Shown: piece after piece, positions 28,602-37,389 of the stretch | Position numbering within the stretch: position 1 is the first letter of the stretch | Layout of the letters: every line of letters begins with the position of its first letter | Assembly: GCA_030608745.1 (NCBI GenBank) | Contig: JAUWDQ010000001.1 | Coordinates: 1 to 43,651, forward strand | Reading direction: 5' to 3' | DNA length: 43,651 nucleotides | DNA from: Pseudomonadota bacterium | GTDB taxonomy: Bacteria > Desulfobacterota > BSN033 > WVXP01 > G020346125 | The notes under the pieces: generated by a model | Databases searched by the model: none | Told to the model about the DNA's origin: nothing | The model's input: only the letters and a program-made list of their open reading frames with translations | Made by a program: the position numbers and the translations under genes

Positions 28602-28814
28602 ATGGCAAATCCAAGGGTAGCCAGAGTGACCGAGGTCGTAGCAGGATCCTCTAAATCCTTCGATGATGCGATTCAGATCGGTTTCTCTCGAGCGGCAAAG
28701 ACCCTTCGGGGGATTACGGGTCTCCGTATTATGGAACAAAGGGTGGCCGTTGAGGATGCCAAAATTGTGGAATATCGAGTGAGAATGGAGGTTATCTTCG
28801 TCCTTGAGACTTAG
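28602..28814 (+). CDS. dodecin-family flavin-binding protein
   Basis: About 70 aa. The sequence (ARVTEVVAGSSKSFDDAIQIGFSRAAKTLRGITGLRIMEQRVAVEDAKIVEYRVRMEVIFVLE) looks like a dodecin. I prefer the ATG at 28602 (AAGGAGG 8 nt upstream) over the ATG at 28596. Confidence 0.8.
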   Translation: MANPRVARVTEVVAGSSKSFDDAIQIGFSRAAKTLRGITGLRIMEQRVAVEDAKIVEYRVRMEVIFVLET

Positions 28815-28843
28815 TCCTTCGATTCACAAAGGTAGCTGAAGGG

Positions 28844-28880
28844 AATTGGAGCTGAGGTATTAACCCCAGCTCCAATTTTC
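28844..28880 (+). terminator. rho-independent terminator of the dodecin gene
   Basis: An 11-bp perfect stem, AATTGGAGCTG (28844-28854) with CAGCTCCAATT (28867-28877), has a 12-nt loop and runs into TTTT (28876-28879). Confidence 0.7.
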
Positions 28881-28915
28881 CCCCCTCGGGAAAGGCAATT
28901 TTCCATCACTTACCG

Positions 28916-29893
28916 TCATCGATTCCGACTAATCGCCTCCTTCAACTCCTCCGGTGTCACCGTTGCCGTTCCAACCTTTCCCACGACAATTCCAGCAGCA
29001 TAGTTTGCGACCACAGCGGCCTCTGAAAAACTGGCCCCTGCTGCTAAAACAAGGGCCATGACCCCGATCACTGTATCCCCGGCTCCTGTCACATCGAAAA
29101 CTTCCCTGGCCGTCGTGGGAACGAAGATCACTTCCTTCCCCCGTTCAAAGAGGGCCATGTCCTCCTCCCCCCGGGTAATCAGGACAACCTCACAGTTAAA
29201 TCGATCCAGAAGTTTATTCCCAGCCTCCTTTAGAGATTTTTCATCGACGATCTCAATCCCAGAGGCCATGCTAGCTTCCTGACTGTTGGGAGTCGCGACC
29301 GTAACATCTCGGTAGAGATGGAAACGGTTGATCTTTGGATCAAGGAGAACAATCTTTCCCTGTTGCCTTGAGATTTTGGTAACGGCTTTAAGGAGGTCCT
29401 CCGTTACCACTCCCTTCCCATAATCGGCAATGACCACCGTATCTGCACGAGGGATCGTATCGCAAACAGAGGAAACAAGGCTGTCCGCATATCCCTGGCT
29501 AAGGCAAGTCTGGCTCTCACGGTCAAACCGAACTACCTGCTGACTGTGAGCCACAATCCGGGTCTTGACGGTCGTGGGTCGGTGAGGATCGATGAGAACG
29601 CCCCCTGTTGGTACCCCCCTTTCCTCGAGAAGGCTGAGGATCTTCCTCCCCCTTTCGTCTCCCCCGACTATTCCAGATAGGAACACTTGCCCTCCGAGGG
29701 ACCAAATATTGTTGACTACGTTAGCCGCTCCTCCCACGAGTTGGGTCTCCTTTTGCACCGTTACCACTGGGACTGGTGCCTCCGGGGAGATTCGGTCCAC
29801 CTTTCCCCAGAAATACTCATCCAGCATGATATCCCCTACGACGAGTGCCGAAATTTCCTTAAAGCGGCTTACGATCCTATCTATGTCAATCAT
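28916..29893 (-). CDS. hldA: PfkB-family kinase, canonical RfaE domain I-type (second hldA-like paralog)
   Basis: 325 aa. It has VVGDIMLDEY...ISPEAPVPVV...GGAANVVNN and C-terminal DVTGAGDTV. Its ATG overlaps the DegT-family stop (ATGA at 29890-29893). Confidence 0.8.
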   Translation of the reverse strand: MIDIDRIVSRFKEISALVVGDIMLDEYFWGKVDRISPEAPVPVVTVQKETQLVGGAANVVNNIWSLGGQVFLSGIVGGDERGRKILSLLEERGVPTGGVLIDPHRPTTVKTRIVAHSQQVVRFDRESQTCLSQGYADSLVSSVCDTIPRADTVVIADYGKGVVTEDLLKAVTKISRQQGKIVLLDPKINRFHLYRDVTVATPNSQEASMASGIEIVDEKSLKEAGNKLLDRFNCEVVLITRGEEDMALFERGKEVIFVPTTAREVFDVTGAGDTVIGVMALVLAAGASFSEAAVVANYAAGIVVGKVGTATVTPEELKEAISRNR

Positions 29894-31218
29894 TTCAGTA
29901 CCTCATAGAAATTCTTGATCTGATTGACCACATACTCCTGCTGCTCGGGGGATAACCCGGGGTAGATAGGAAGGGCCAGGGTTTCACCGGAAGCCCTCTC
30001 CGATTCTGGGAAATCGCCCTTTTTGTATCCGAGATACTCAAAGCACTCTTGGAGGTGGAGTGGTCGGGGATAGTATACCCCCGTTCCCACGCCCTTGGCG
30101 CGAAGGAATTCCTCAAGCTCATCCCGATGGTGAACACGGATAACATACTGGTGGAATATATGTCTATTGCCGTCCTTGACGACGGGTAAATGGACTTCTC
30201 CGGTAAGGCCCATCTCATCGAAGAGGCGATCATACCTTAGCGCATTTCGGCGTCGTGTTTCCGTCCACCTCTCTAGGTAGCGAAACTTCACCCTGAGAAT
30301 GGCTGCCTGAAGTTCATCCAGCCTGAAATTACCCCCGATGATGTCATGATAGTATGCCTGTGCTCCACCGTAGCCTCTGAGGATCCTTATCTTCTCAGCC
30401 ATGTCCTTGTCGTCGGTTACCACCATTCCCGCATCCCCGAATCCCCCCAAATTCTTCGTGGGATAGAAGGAGAAGCACCCCAGCCTTCCCATGCTTCCCG
30501 CTCTCCATGCGTGTCTTGAATCCTGTCCGCTTGCGACTGGTTCCTTCTCCGGCTCCTCGTCCGTGATTCCAGTGCTCAGCCCCTTTGCTCCCAGCCTCTT
30601 CGAGTAGTATATTGCCCCGATAGCCTGGGCCGCGTCCTCGACGATATCGAGATGGGTCCTCTGGGCCATCTCCATCATGGGATCCATATCGGCACACTGC
30701 CCGTAGAGGTGAATCGGAATAATCGCCTTTATATGAGCCAGGTTCTTCCGCTCCACCGGCCTGCCGCTTTCCTGGTCCACATCGCATCCCGTTTCCAGGA
30801 GTTCTCGGAGCTTTTGGGGATCTAGATTATACGTGTTCGGGTCGATATCGACGAAGATCGGCGTGGCACCTAGCCGGGCAATCACGCCAGCAGTTGAGAA
30901 GAAGGTAAAGGGGGTTGTGATTACACCATCTCGTAAATCATCTCGCTGCTTAATATCCAAGGCCATCAGGGAAACTAAAATAGCATCAGTTCCCGAGGAA
31001 ACACCGATACCGTGGCCGACGCTGCTGTAGGCTGCGATTTGTCTCTCCAACCTTTCGACGTTTGGCCCGAGGATAAACCGCTGGCTCTCGATAACCGTAT
31101 CAACAGCCTTCCTCACCTCTTCCCTGATCTCCGCATATTGTGCCCGCAGATCGACTAACGGAACCTCCATTTCCACTACCATCCTCTTAAAGCGGTTATA
31201 CGCCCCTTCGTCATTCAT
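29890..31218 (-). CDS. DegT/DnrJ/EryC1/StrS-family PLP sugar aminotransferase (with an internal insertion)
   Basis: Family blocks are present: VPLVDLRAQY, FILGPNVERLE, SSGTDAI, ITTPFTF, DAAQAIGA, CFSFYPTKNLG. The start is uncertain (ATG at 31218, 31182 or 31170). Confidence 0.88.
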   Translation of the reverse strand: MNDEGAYNRFKRMVVEMEVPLVDLRAQYAEIREEVRKAVDTVIESQRFILGPNVERLERQIAAYSSVGHGIGVSSGTDAILVSLMALDIKQRDDLRDGVITTPFTFFSTAGVIARLGATPIFVDIDPNTYNLDPQKLRELLETGCDVDQESGRPVERKNLAHIKAIIPIHLYGQCADMDPMMEMAQRTHLDIVEDAAQAIGAIYYSKRLGAKGLSTGITDEEPEKEPVASGQDSRHAWRAGSMGRLGCFSFYPTKNLGGFGDAGMVVTDDKDMAEKIRILRGYGGAQAYYHDIIGGNFRLDELQAAILRVKFRYLERWTETRRRNALRYDRLFDEMGLTGEVHLPVVKDGNRHIFHQYVIRVHHRDELEEFLRAKGVGTGVYYPRPLHLQECFEYLGYKKGDFPESERASGETLALPIYPGLSPEQQEYVVNQIKNFYEVLK

Positions 31219-31608
31219 GCACGGTCATCCCAAGAGGCCGCACGTCGCAATAGAGCCATCTCACCCCTGCTGAACTCCATATTGTCACCATCAATAAAGT
31301 CTTAGCGACCTCCAGATACATCAGCTCTCCCCCAATCCCATCAATCCGTTCCCGATAAAAAATACTCTTCCAAGACTTTTTCCTCAGCCAAAAACGTTCT
31401 TTGTAATGAGAAGGATTGGGAACAGAGTAATCTTTGGGATAATATTCTCTCAACACTTCTGGCTCGGGTTGGGGGTTGACAAAGATGAGACCGCACTCCA
31501 TGCACTGAACAATCTTAAGAGTTCCTGGAATTCCAAAAACTCGATCCCATCCTTCAAAAAAAATTGATGTTGATTGGACCCGCAAACTTCACAGGGTATC
31601 GATCTCAC
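31211..31608 (-). pseudogene. zinc-ribbon N-terminal fragment of a methyltransferase-like protein; frame broken at a T8 tract and C-terminally truncated
   Basis: From GTG 31608 the frame gives VRSIPCEVCGSNQHQFF, the first CxxC. The second CxxC and the remainder (EGWDRVFGIPGTLKIVQCMECGLIFVNPQPEP..YYP) are in the ORF-track frame 31211-31585. The two frames meet at the A8 run at 31556-31563 (T8 on the coding strand); T9 would fuse them. No SAM-binding domain follows. Confidence 0.5.
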
Positions 31609-31611
31609 TGC

Positions 31612-32349
31612 CTAAACTATCTTTTCTCCCACAATGATTAGGGTATTTCCACCCATAATAATTTCATCCATTAGGGTTTCATCCAACCGGTATAATTCCC
31701 TTCTCTTTCTCGAGACGAAAAGCGCATACAGGCGGATGATCCAGACGATAGGCCGCATCCAATTCATCTTGGGCTTTTTGCGGTCCTTCTCTAACCGGAG
31801 GATACGAAACCCATTATGTTCCATAATGAATTTCAATAATGGGTACCCAAGTGAGTTCAGGTGAACCATGGAGAGTTCACCTTTCCAAATATTTCTCAGG
31901 GTGTCAACGGTAGGAATTTTAGAAAAGGTACCGGTCAGGACGAAGCGGAGCCTCCGCTCGATGTTCAAGAAATTGGGAATCGAGAGGAAAATCTTTCCCC
32001 CTCTTTTTAGGATCCTTCCAAACTCACGGATGGCGTTGAAGGGGTTCTCCGCATGTTCGAGGCCATCGAGGCAGACGATGTAGTCGAAACACGCAGCCTT
32101 GTACGGAAGTTTTTTATTCATGTCGCCGAATTGAACCGTCAAATCCTCGGCGGCAAAGAAAGAGGGTTGGATATCGCAGCAGGAGACGGCAAACCCCATC
32201 TTTTGCAAACGACTCGCAAGTGACCCGGTTCCCGTGGGAACATCCAGTAACTTCCCCTTCTCTTCCATCGAGAGCATCTGGACAACCTTCTCGTGGACCT
32301 CTTTTCTCGTGAGTGGGATAAGCCTAGAAGATATCTCTTCGCCCCCCAT
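31612..32349 (-). CDS. class I SAM-dependent methyltransferase
   Basis: 245 aa. It has motif I LLDVPTGTGSLA and the post-I acidic residue and motif II context (YIVCLDGLEH), then LKRGGKIFLS. Confidence 0.85.
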   Translation of the reverse strand: MGGEEISSRLIPLTRKEVHEKVVQMLSMEEKGKLLDVPTGTGSLASRLQKMGFAVSCCDIQPSFFAAEDLTVQFGDMNKKLPYKAACFDYIVCLDGLEHAENPFNAIREFGRILKRGGKIFLSIPNFLNIERRLRFVLTGTFSKIPTVDTLRNIWKGELSMVHLNSLGYPLLKFIMEHNGFRILRLEKDRKKPKMNWMRPIVWIIRLYALFVSRKRRELYRLDETLMDEIIMGGNTLIIVGEKIV

Positions 32350-33309
32350 CTAACCCTCTCCCAACCCCATCCCCTTCGGACACAGCCTCAGGTGCCAGTA
32401 GATAAGCCTGGCGTAGATTCCCAATCTCCTCTTGAACCTCTCCCTCGTAAAGGCCGTCAGCAAACAGGAAAAGAGTGTGAGGAGGAAATCTACGCAGAAT
32501 TGGTTAAAGAGACAACTCTTGAGGAGTACGGATTCGGCTATCCCCCTATGTTTCTTGAAGAAAAGGTAAAGGGACCGATAGTATTCTATCTTGGCCTTGT
32601 CCCTCACCAGATTTGCCGTTTTCCCCTGGAGATGGATAATCTCAGCTCGGGGTACATGGCACACACGCCATCTTCGGCGCTTCATACGATAACACCAATC
32701 CGTCTCCTCCATGAAGAAGAAGTAGTCCTCATCCAGCAATCCCACTTCCCTAATGGCCTGGGAACGCACGATCATACATGCCCCGATGACCGAATGCACA
32801 TCGATTGGTGAGCTGTAGTTTACTCGCTTGCTGGGATACCTTGTCGGAAAGAAAATCCTCAACAGGCTCTTGTTTAACACCTCCGTGGCTAGGGAAGGGA
32901 AATTGTCGAAGGAGTTTTGTTTGGACCCATCCCCATTGATGAGCTGCCCTGCGGCGATGCCCACATCAGGGTTTCGGTCCATGAATTCCGCCAACGTTTC
33001 GATGGCTCCATCCTTAAGGATGACATCGGTATTCAACAACAGGGCATATCGCCCCTTGCTTTTCCTGAGTGCCTCATTATTTGCCCTTGCAAAACCGAGA
33101 TTCCTCTGGTTTTGAATGAGCTCGATTTCGGGAAATGCCCTCCTAACCGAATCAACGCTTCCGTCCCTGGATCCATTGTCAACGACGAAGATCTCAAAGG
33201 TGAGGCCCTTTATGCTCCGATAAAAGGAATCTATGCAGTTCAGGAGCAACTCCCTGGTGTTCCAGTTGACGATAATGACGGAAAGGTCACGGCTGGATTC
33301 CGCGTTCAT
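32350..33309 (-). CDS. glycosyltransferase family 2 (rhamnosyltransferase-like)
   Basis: It has VIIVNWN...VVDNGSRDGS...LNTD and an EETDWCYR block. Its stop abuts the next gene's start with no gap. Confidence 0.88.
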   Translation of the reverse strand: MNAESSRDLSVIIVNWNTRELLLNCIDSFYRSIKGLTFEIFVVDNGSRDGSVDSVRRAFPEIELIQNQRNLGFARANNEALRKSKGRYALLLNTDVILKDGAIETLAEFMDRNPDVGIAAGQLINGDGSKQNSFDNFPSLATEVLNKSLLRIFFPTRYPSKRVNYSSPIDVHSVIGACMIVRSQAIREVGLLDEDYFFFMEETDWCYRMKRRRWRVCHVPRAEIIHLQGKTANLVRDKAKIEYYRSLYLFFKKHRGIAESVLLKSCLFNQFCVDFLLTLFSCLLTAFTRERFKRRLGIYARLIYWHLRLCPKGMGLGEG

Positions 33310-35015
33310 TTCCTCAATACCTCTTCAGTTACGTCCCCTTCGGGGGAAACATAGACCACGCCCCGTTTGCGACTCTCCTCATAAATGGTGTCAACCAATT
33401 CCCTTTTTTGTCCTGGAATGGGATATATCTCGAGATACCATTTGAGAAACCGTATTCTGTCGCCGTACCCTAAGAATCCCGGGGTGGAGCAGTTGATCTG
33501 GACCAGGTTTTTCAAAGCCTTTCGGACATTGACCTCCGTCCCAAGGCGGACAGCATCCAGATCGATGAAGCTGAAATCCCAGTGTCCGGAGCGCTCCCGG
33601 GTCAAAATGTTACATGTCTTCAGATCGCCGTGGAAGATCTCGGACCGATGAAGGCGACCGATGCATCGGGCGAACTCTTGGATAAAGGCCCTTTTCTTGG
33701 TGACCGAATCCCGTGATCGGCCATTTCCGAAGGATTTGATCAGGTAACGGTCCATCTCAAGATAGTCGGGCGGGGACTCCGTTATAAAAAAACTCTCTTT
33801 TAAAAGGCCGAAGCGCCTCTTTTCGATATAAGCCAAGGGCTTCAGATGGGAGATCCCCCGCCTAAAAAGTTCATTGGCCGCCACCCAGGAGGTCTTTCCC
33901 TTGGAATATCGAAAGCAATCCTTTATTTTACCCCATGCCGTTGGGTATCGATAGTGCTTTACACAGGTCCGAAGGTCTGATCCCCTGGGTATCTCCACCA
34001 TAGAAACGACGGTCTTGGGGGAATTCTTCAGCAGGCGTGAGGGTTGGATCTCCACAATATCCCGGTGCGCATTGATCATTTCCAAGAGGGTCTCCCTCAA
34101 AACATCGCGGCTCCGGTATAACCTATATGCCTTCCATCGATGTGAGGTAAAGAGGGTACTTTCCCCCAGGCACCGCTTCGCCCTGCTCCTTTGATGGCGC
34201 CTCTTTATCGAATCCGATATCCCTTCTATTCTCACCAGTAGGGTTTTCAACCTGGAGAAAGGCCCTCTCTTCTCGCCGTAGGCTTCAAGGAAAATCCCCT
34301 TGTCCCCTTGATCCAGCACTGAATTCAGGGAGTAGAAGAGTTGGGCAATATTCCATAGACGTTGCCGACGGGAAAGGGATTTTCGTATCTGCGCCCGATG
34401 AAGGTCGATGAGATGTAATGCCCCATCTCCCCCCTTGTTTATCAAGAAATTACCCGCATGCATATCGGCTTGAAAGAGTCCGCCATCATGGAGGCGTCTC
34501 ACAGTCCTCCCTAACGTGGCGATTAGCCTCTTCTTCTCGCCATCCCCCTTGGAAGATCCCTCACCGAACCGCTCCACAAAAAAATCGATCAATGGCTGGG
34601 CGTCCTCGATTGCTTCGGAAATATAGAGGCTCTCATCCAAAAGCCCCCATCGCGTCTTCTCCATTGCACCAACGGGGTTGGGAATCTCCATCCCCTTTTG
34701 CCGAAGAGCCAAGGAGATATTCCATTCCTTCATCGCCCTTGAGGGCAGTAGGAGATATTTCAAGCGCTCCTTCCAATTCTTGATCCTGAATTTCTTGATG
34801 AAAAGGGCCTGACCATCTGGGCCGGGGAAAATGGCTGCCCACCTCACTCGGGAATCCTTTATGATTCGCCCCCCTGCCCTCCAAACGGCAGCCTCGATAT
34901 CCTCCAGGAAATCATCTGTAAAAACACCCCTCAGGTCTTCCCGCACGAACCCCCTGAACCTCTTCACCGAGAAGCGAGCCAATGGCACTGGTTTTCGATT
35001 CGTTGGGGATCCCAT
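33306..35015 (-). CDS. tandem lipopolysaccharide kinase (Kdo/WaaP family) fusion protein
   Basis: 569 aa with two kinase-like modules. Module 1 has ADMHAGNF (aa 183-190) and HLIDLHRAQIR (aa 201-211, WaaP-like). Module 2 has HGDLKTCNIL (aa 462-471) and FIDLDAV (aa 483-489). Confidence 0.8.
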   Translation of the reverse strand: MGSPTNRKPVPLARFSVKRFRGFVREDLRGVFTDDFLEDIEAAVWRAGGRIIKDSRVRWAAIFPGPDGQALFIKKFRIKNWKERLKYLLLPSRAMKEWNISLALRQKGMEIPNPVGAMEKTRWGLLDESLYISEAIEDAQPLIDFFVERFGEGSSKGDGEKKRLIATLGRTVRRLHDGGLFQADMHAGNFLINKGGDGALHLIDLHRAQIRKSLSRRQRLWNIAQLFYSLNSVLDQGDKGIFLEAYGEKRGPFSRLKTLLVRIEGISDSIKRRHQRSRAKRCLGESTLFTSHRWKAYRLYRSRDVLRETLLEMINAHRDIVEIQPSRLLKNSPKTVVSMVEIPRGSDLRTCVKHYRYPTAWGKIKDCFRYSKGKTSWVAANELFRRGISHLKPLAYIEKRRFGLLKESFFITESPPDYLEMDRYLIKSFGNGRSRDSVTKKRAFIQEFARCIGRLHRSEIFHGDLKTCNILTRERSGHWDFSFIDLDAVRLGTEVNVRKALKNLVQINCSTPGFLGYGDRIRFLKWYLEIYPIPGQKRELVDTIYEESRKRGVVYVSPEGDVTEEVLRK

Positions 35016-35061
35016 TATCTGGCGTCAAAGAACCTATGGAAATGAATGGTGATTCTCATGG

Positions 35062-36003
35062 TTACGTAAAGCCATCATGTGGCAACTTGGCTGTCAATAT
35101 GAATGACTGCCTATCCGGAGATAGCTGGGATATTTCCTTCTCAGAATAGATAGTAAAGCCAACAGATTCTAAGTATGATACGAGTCTCTTCAACAGGGAT
35201 GGGGGAAGATCTCCGGAAATATGTACTTCCATAATTATCATATGTATTTTTCTCAGATCCTCTGGAGGAGTACAGAGAAATACATCATACTCACTCCCTT
35301 CAACATCGCATTTTAGGAGATCAACGGAATCACAGTTGGTTATTCTTAGTAAGTCCGAAAGAGTAATTGCTGGAACGCTTTCCCTTGAATCTATATTCTT
35401 AATCCACCCTCTTTTGAGAGAGTGCCCAACAGTATTACGCCTTTCACGAAATACCGTAACTAATTGATTAGACTCCGTGGTAATAGCATACCTTAATACG
35501 TCATTGGGACAACCACCATTGAGATCGATATTTTTTAAAGCTTGTTGATAATTTTCAGAAACGGGTTCCACCGCAATAACCCTTCTTGCCCTTTTGAGCA
35601 TAGCAGAGGAAAACAAACCAATATTAGCTCCTATGTCAATAACGTTATCAAATGAATTCCGCAATGACTTTATCGAATAGATATCGAGTAAAAAGATTTC
35701 TTGAAAAATAAGAAAATCATTTGTTCCCGGACGGAGAAGAACTCTACAATCGTCTAACGTCAACAGAACCTCACCGTTATCGGTGAAATTTACCGTTGCA
35801 TCTTCGGAGGCAAAAAACCAATCCCAGAACTTTCGGTCTCTCCTTGAAAACATTGTAGCGCTTCCATCACGAAGGGTGACTGACACTGGTTTCTTGATGA
35901 CAAAACTCAATACAAGGAGGGACTTAAACGGGTTATGAAATAAATCATAGCAGCGCCTAAGACGCTTAAGGGAAAAAAGACACCGAATTCGGCTCAATCT
36001 CAT
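35062..36003 (-). CDS. FkbM-family methyltransferase
   Basis: It has VIDIGANIGLFS...VIAVEP...FRERRNTVGHSL...LKCDVEGSEY, which are FkbM-type motifs. GC is lower here (about 40-43 % in two hand-counted 60-nt samples). The start is uncertain. Confidence 0.8.
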   Translation of the reverse strand: MRLSRIRCLFSLKRLRRCYDLFHNPFKSLLVLSFVIKKPVSVTLRDGSATMFSRRDRKFWDWFFASEDATVNFTDNGEVLLTLDDCRVLLRPGTNDFLIFQEIFLLDIYSIKSLRNSFDNVIDIGANIGLFSSAMLKRARRVIAVEPVSENYQQALKNIDLNGGCPNDVLRYAITTESNQLVTVFRERRNTVGHSLKRGWIKNIDSRESVPAITLSDLLRITNCDSVDLLKCDVEGSEYDVFLCTPPEDLRKIHMIIMEVHISGDLPPSLLKRLVSYLESVGFTIYSEKEISQLSPDRQSFILTAKLPHDGFT

Positions 36004-36076
36004 AGTACAATCCCAATATCTTTTGGGAGCAGGGATTATGGGGGCTGCTCGAATTTTGGAATTTTTCTCGAAACTA

Positions 36077-37069
36077 TCACTCCAACAGGAGATTCCCTAA
36101 TAACTGATGGATCCTTGGTGCACATTTTTGAAGGGAGTAACCCTCTTTAACCTTCTCCCTTCCTTTCAGCCCCATCTTCCTCCTTAAATCAACGTCTTCA
36201 ATCAGAATCGAAAGTTTCTCAACCCACTCCTGGTGTTCTCTTGCCCAAAATCCATTTTCACCATCTCGGACTAGATCCCAGTTGATCCCCACTGGTGTGC
36301 AGACCACGGGAACACCAACTCCCTGATATTGAAGGATCTTTAGACCACATTTCCCCCATGACCAGGGATCATCCATTAAAGGCATCAGGCCAATGTCAAA
36401 ACTCTGTAAATCCTGTATTTCGTCCTCTGAACTCCAGTGTTTCTTGATCACCTCTATCCTATCACAATCGAAAAAGACGCCGCAGACGATTTTAAGCTTT
36501 AAATGGGGGTACTTCTCCCCCAAGGTTTCAAATACCGGTCGCATTTTCTCCAAATAATGTATGCTCCCATAATCCCCAATCCATCCCAATACCACTGCGG
36601 TCTCTTTCGGATCATAAGGTTTTTGAGAATACCTCTCAATATCGATGGGACTTGGGATAACCTCCACCTTGGGATTATATTTCAGGGCTTCCTTCTTCAA
36701 GTATTCATTGCCGGCGATCACCGCATCGGACGCCTTTAGTATCCGAATAAACCGTCTCTTTCTTGTTTTCGATATGGGATTTTCAACAGTGGAATTTCGA
36801 TACATGATCGAATCATCGAAATCAAAAACAATCCGATTCGCCTTCCTTTTCAACAACCAAAGTCTCAACGAGGTCATTCGCTTTCTCTGCAGGAAAACGA
36901 TATCGAAATAAGGCAGGGATTTGAAAAATCTCCAATTTTCGCCCAAGCTCCGTGGATATGGAATCACCTGTGCCTCAACACCTCTCCCTTCGAGGTAGGG
37001 GATATACTGGAGGACACGGTATCTGCTTGCTGCCACCATCCATCCTTGGATCAAAAAGAGGACTTTCAA
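36077..37069 (-). CDS. glycosyltransferase (GT-B fold, GT1/GT4-like)
   Basis: 330 aa. TTG start with GGAGGAG 7 nt upstream. The C-terminal half resembles a GT-B domain (VLGWIG...LMPL...K.LQYQGVGVPVV). Confidence 0.75.
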   Translation of the reverse strand: MKVLFLIQGWMVAASRYRVLQYIPYLEGRGVEAQVIPYPRSLGENWRFFKSLPYFDIVFLQRKRMTSLRLWLLKRKANRIVFDFDDSIMYRNSTVENPISKTRKRRFIRILKASDAVIAGNEYLKKEALKYNPKVEVIPSPIDIERYSQKPYDPKETAVVLGWIGDYGSIHYLEKMRPVFETLGEKYPHLKLKIVCGVFFDCDRIEVIKKHWSSEDEIQDLQSFDIGLMPLMDDPWSWGKCGLKILQYQGVGVPVVCTPVGINWDLVRDGENGFWAREHQEWVEKLSILIEDVDLRRKMGLKGREKVKEGYSLQKCAPRIHQLLGNLLLE

Positions 37070-37326
37070 CCTGTTACTCCTCCCCTGCCAAGATCAATAT
37101 GGAGATTACCCTCTGATCAATCACTGCCCTCTGACTCAGAAATGATCATTATATTCAACTATGTTAACGCGGTCCTTTATGAACTGTCAAGGAACTCCTA
37201 AAGGAGGTCCCGGGATCTCTTGTAGGTAAAATGTTTCCCATGTCATATATCGGTATAAACTTTGTGGCCCAAACAGCCATGAAGGGAGCACTCCAGTAAA
37301 CCCAGGAAGCTCAAGAGAAGTTTCCC

Positions 37327-37355
37327 TTGACCAAAGATATTCATTTTGCTATTTA
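37327..37355 (+). promoter_or_regulatory. possible sigma70 promoter for the plus-strand GT2 gene
   Basis: TTGACC (37327-37332), a 17-nt spacer, then TATTTA (37350-37355). It lies 35 nt upstream of the ATG at 37390. Confidence 0.35.
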
Positions 37356-37389
37356 TTTCCAAAAAATAGTCACGTAACGATTCCATTCT

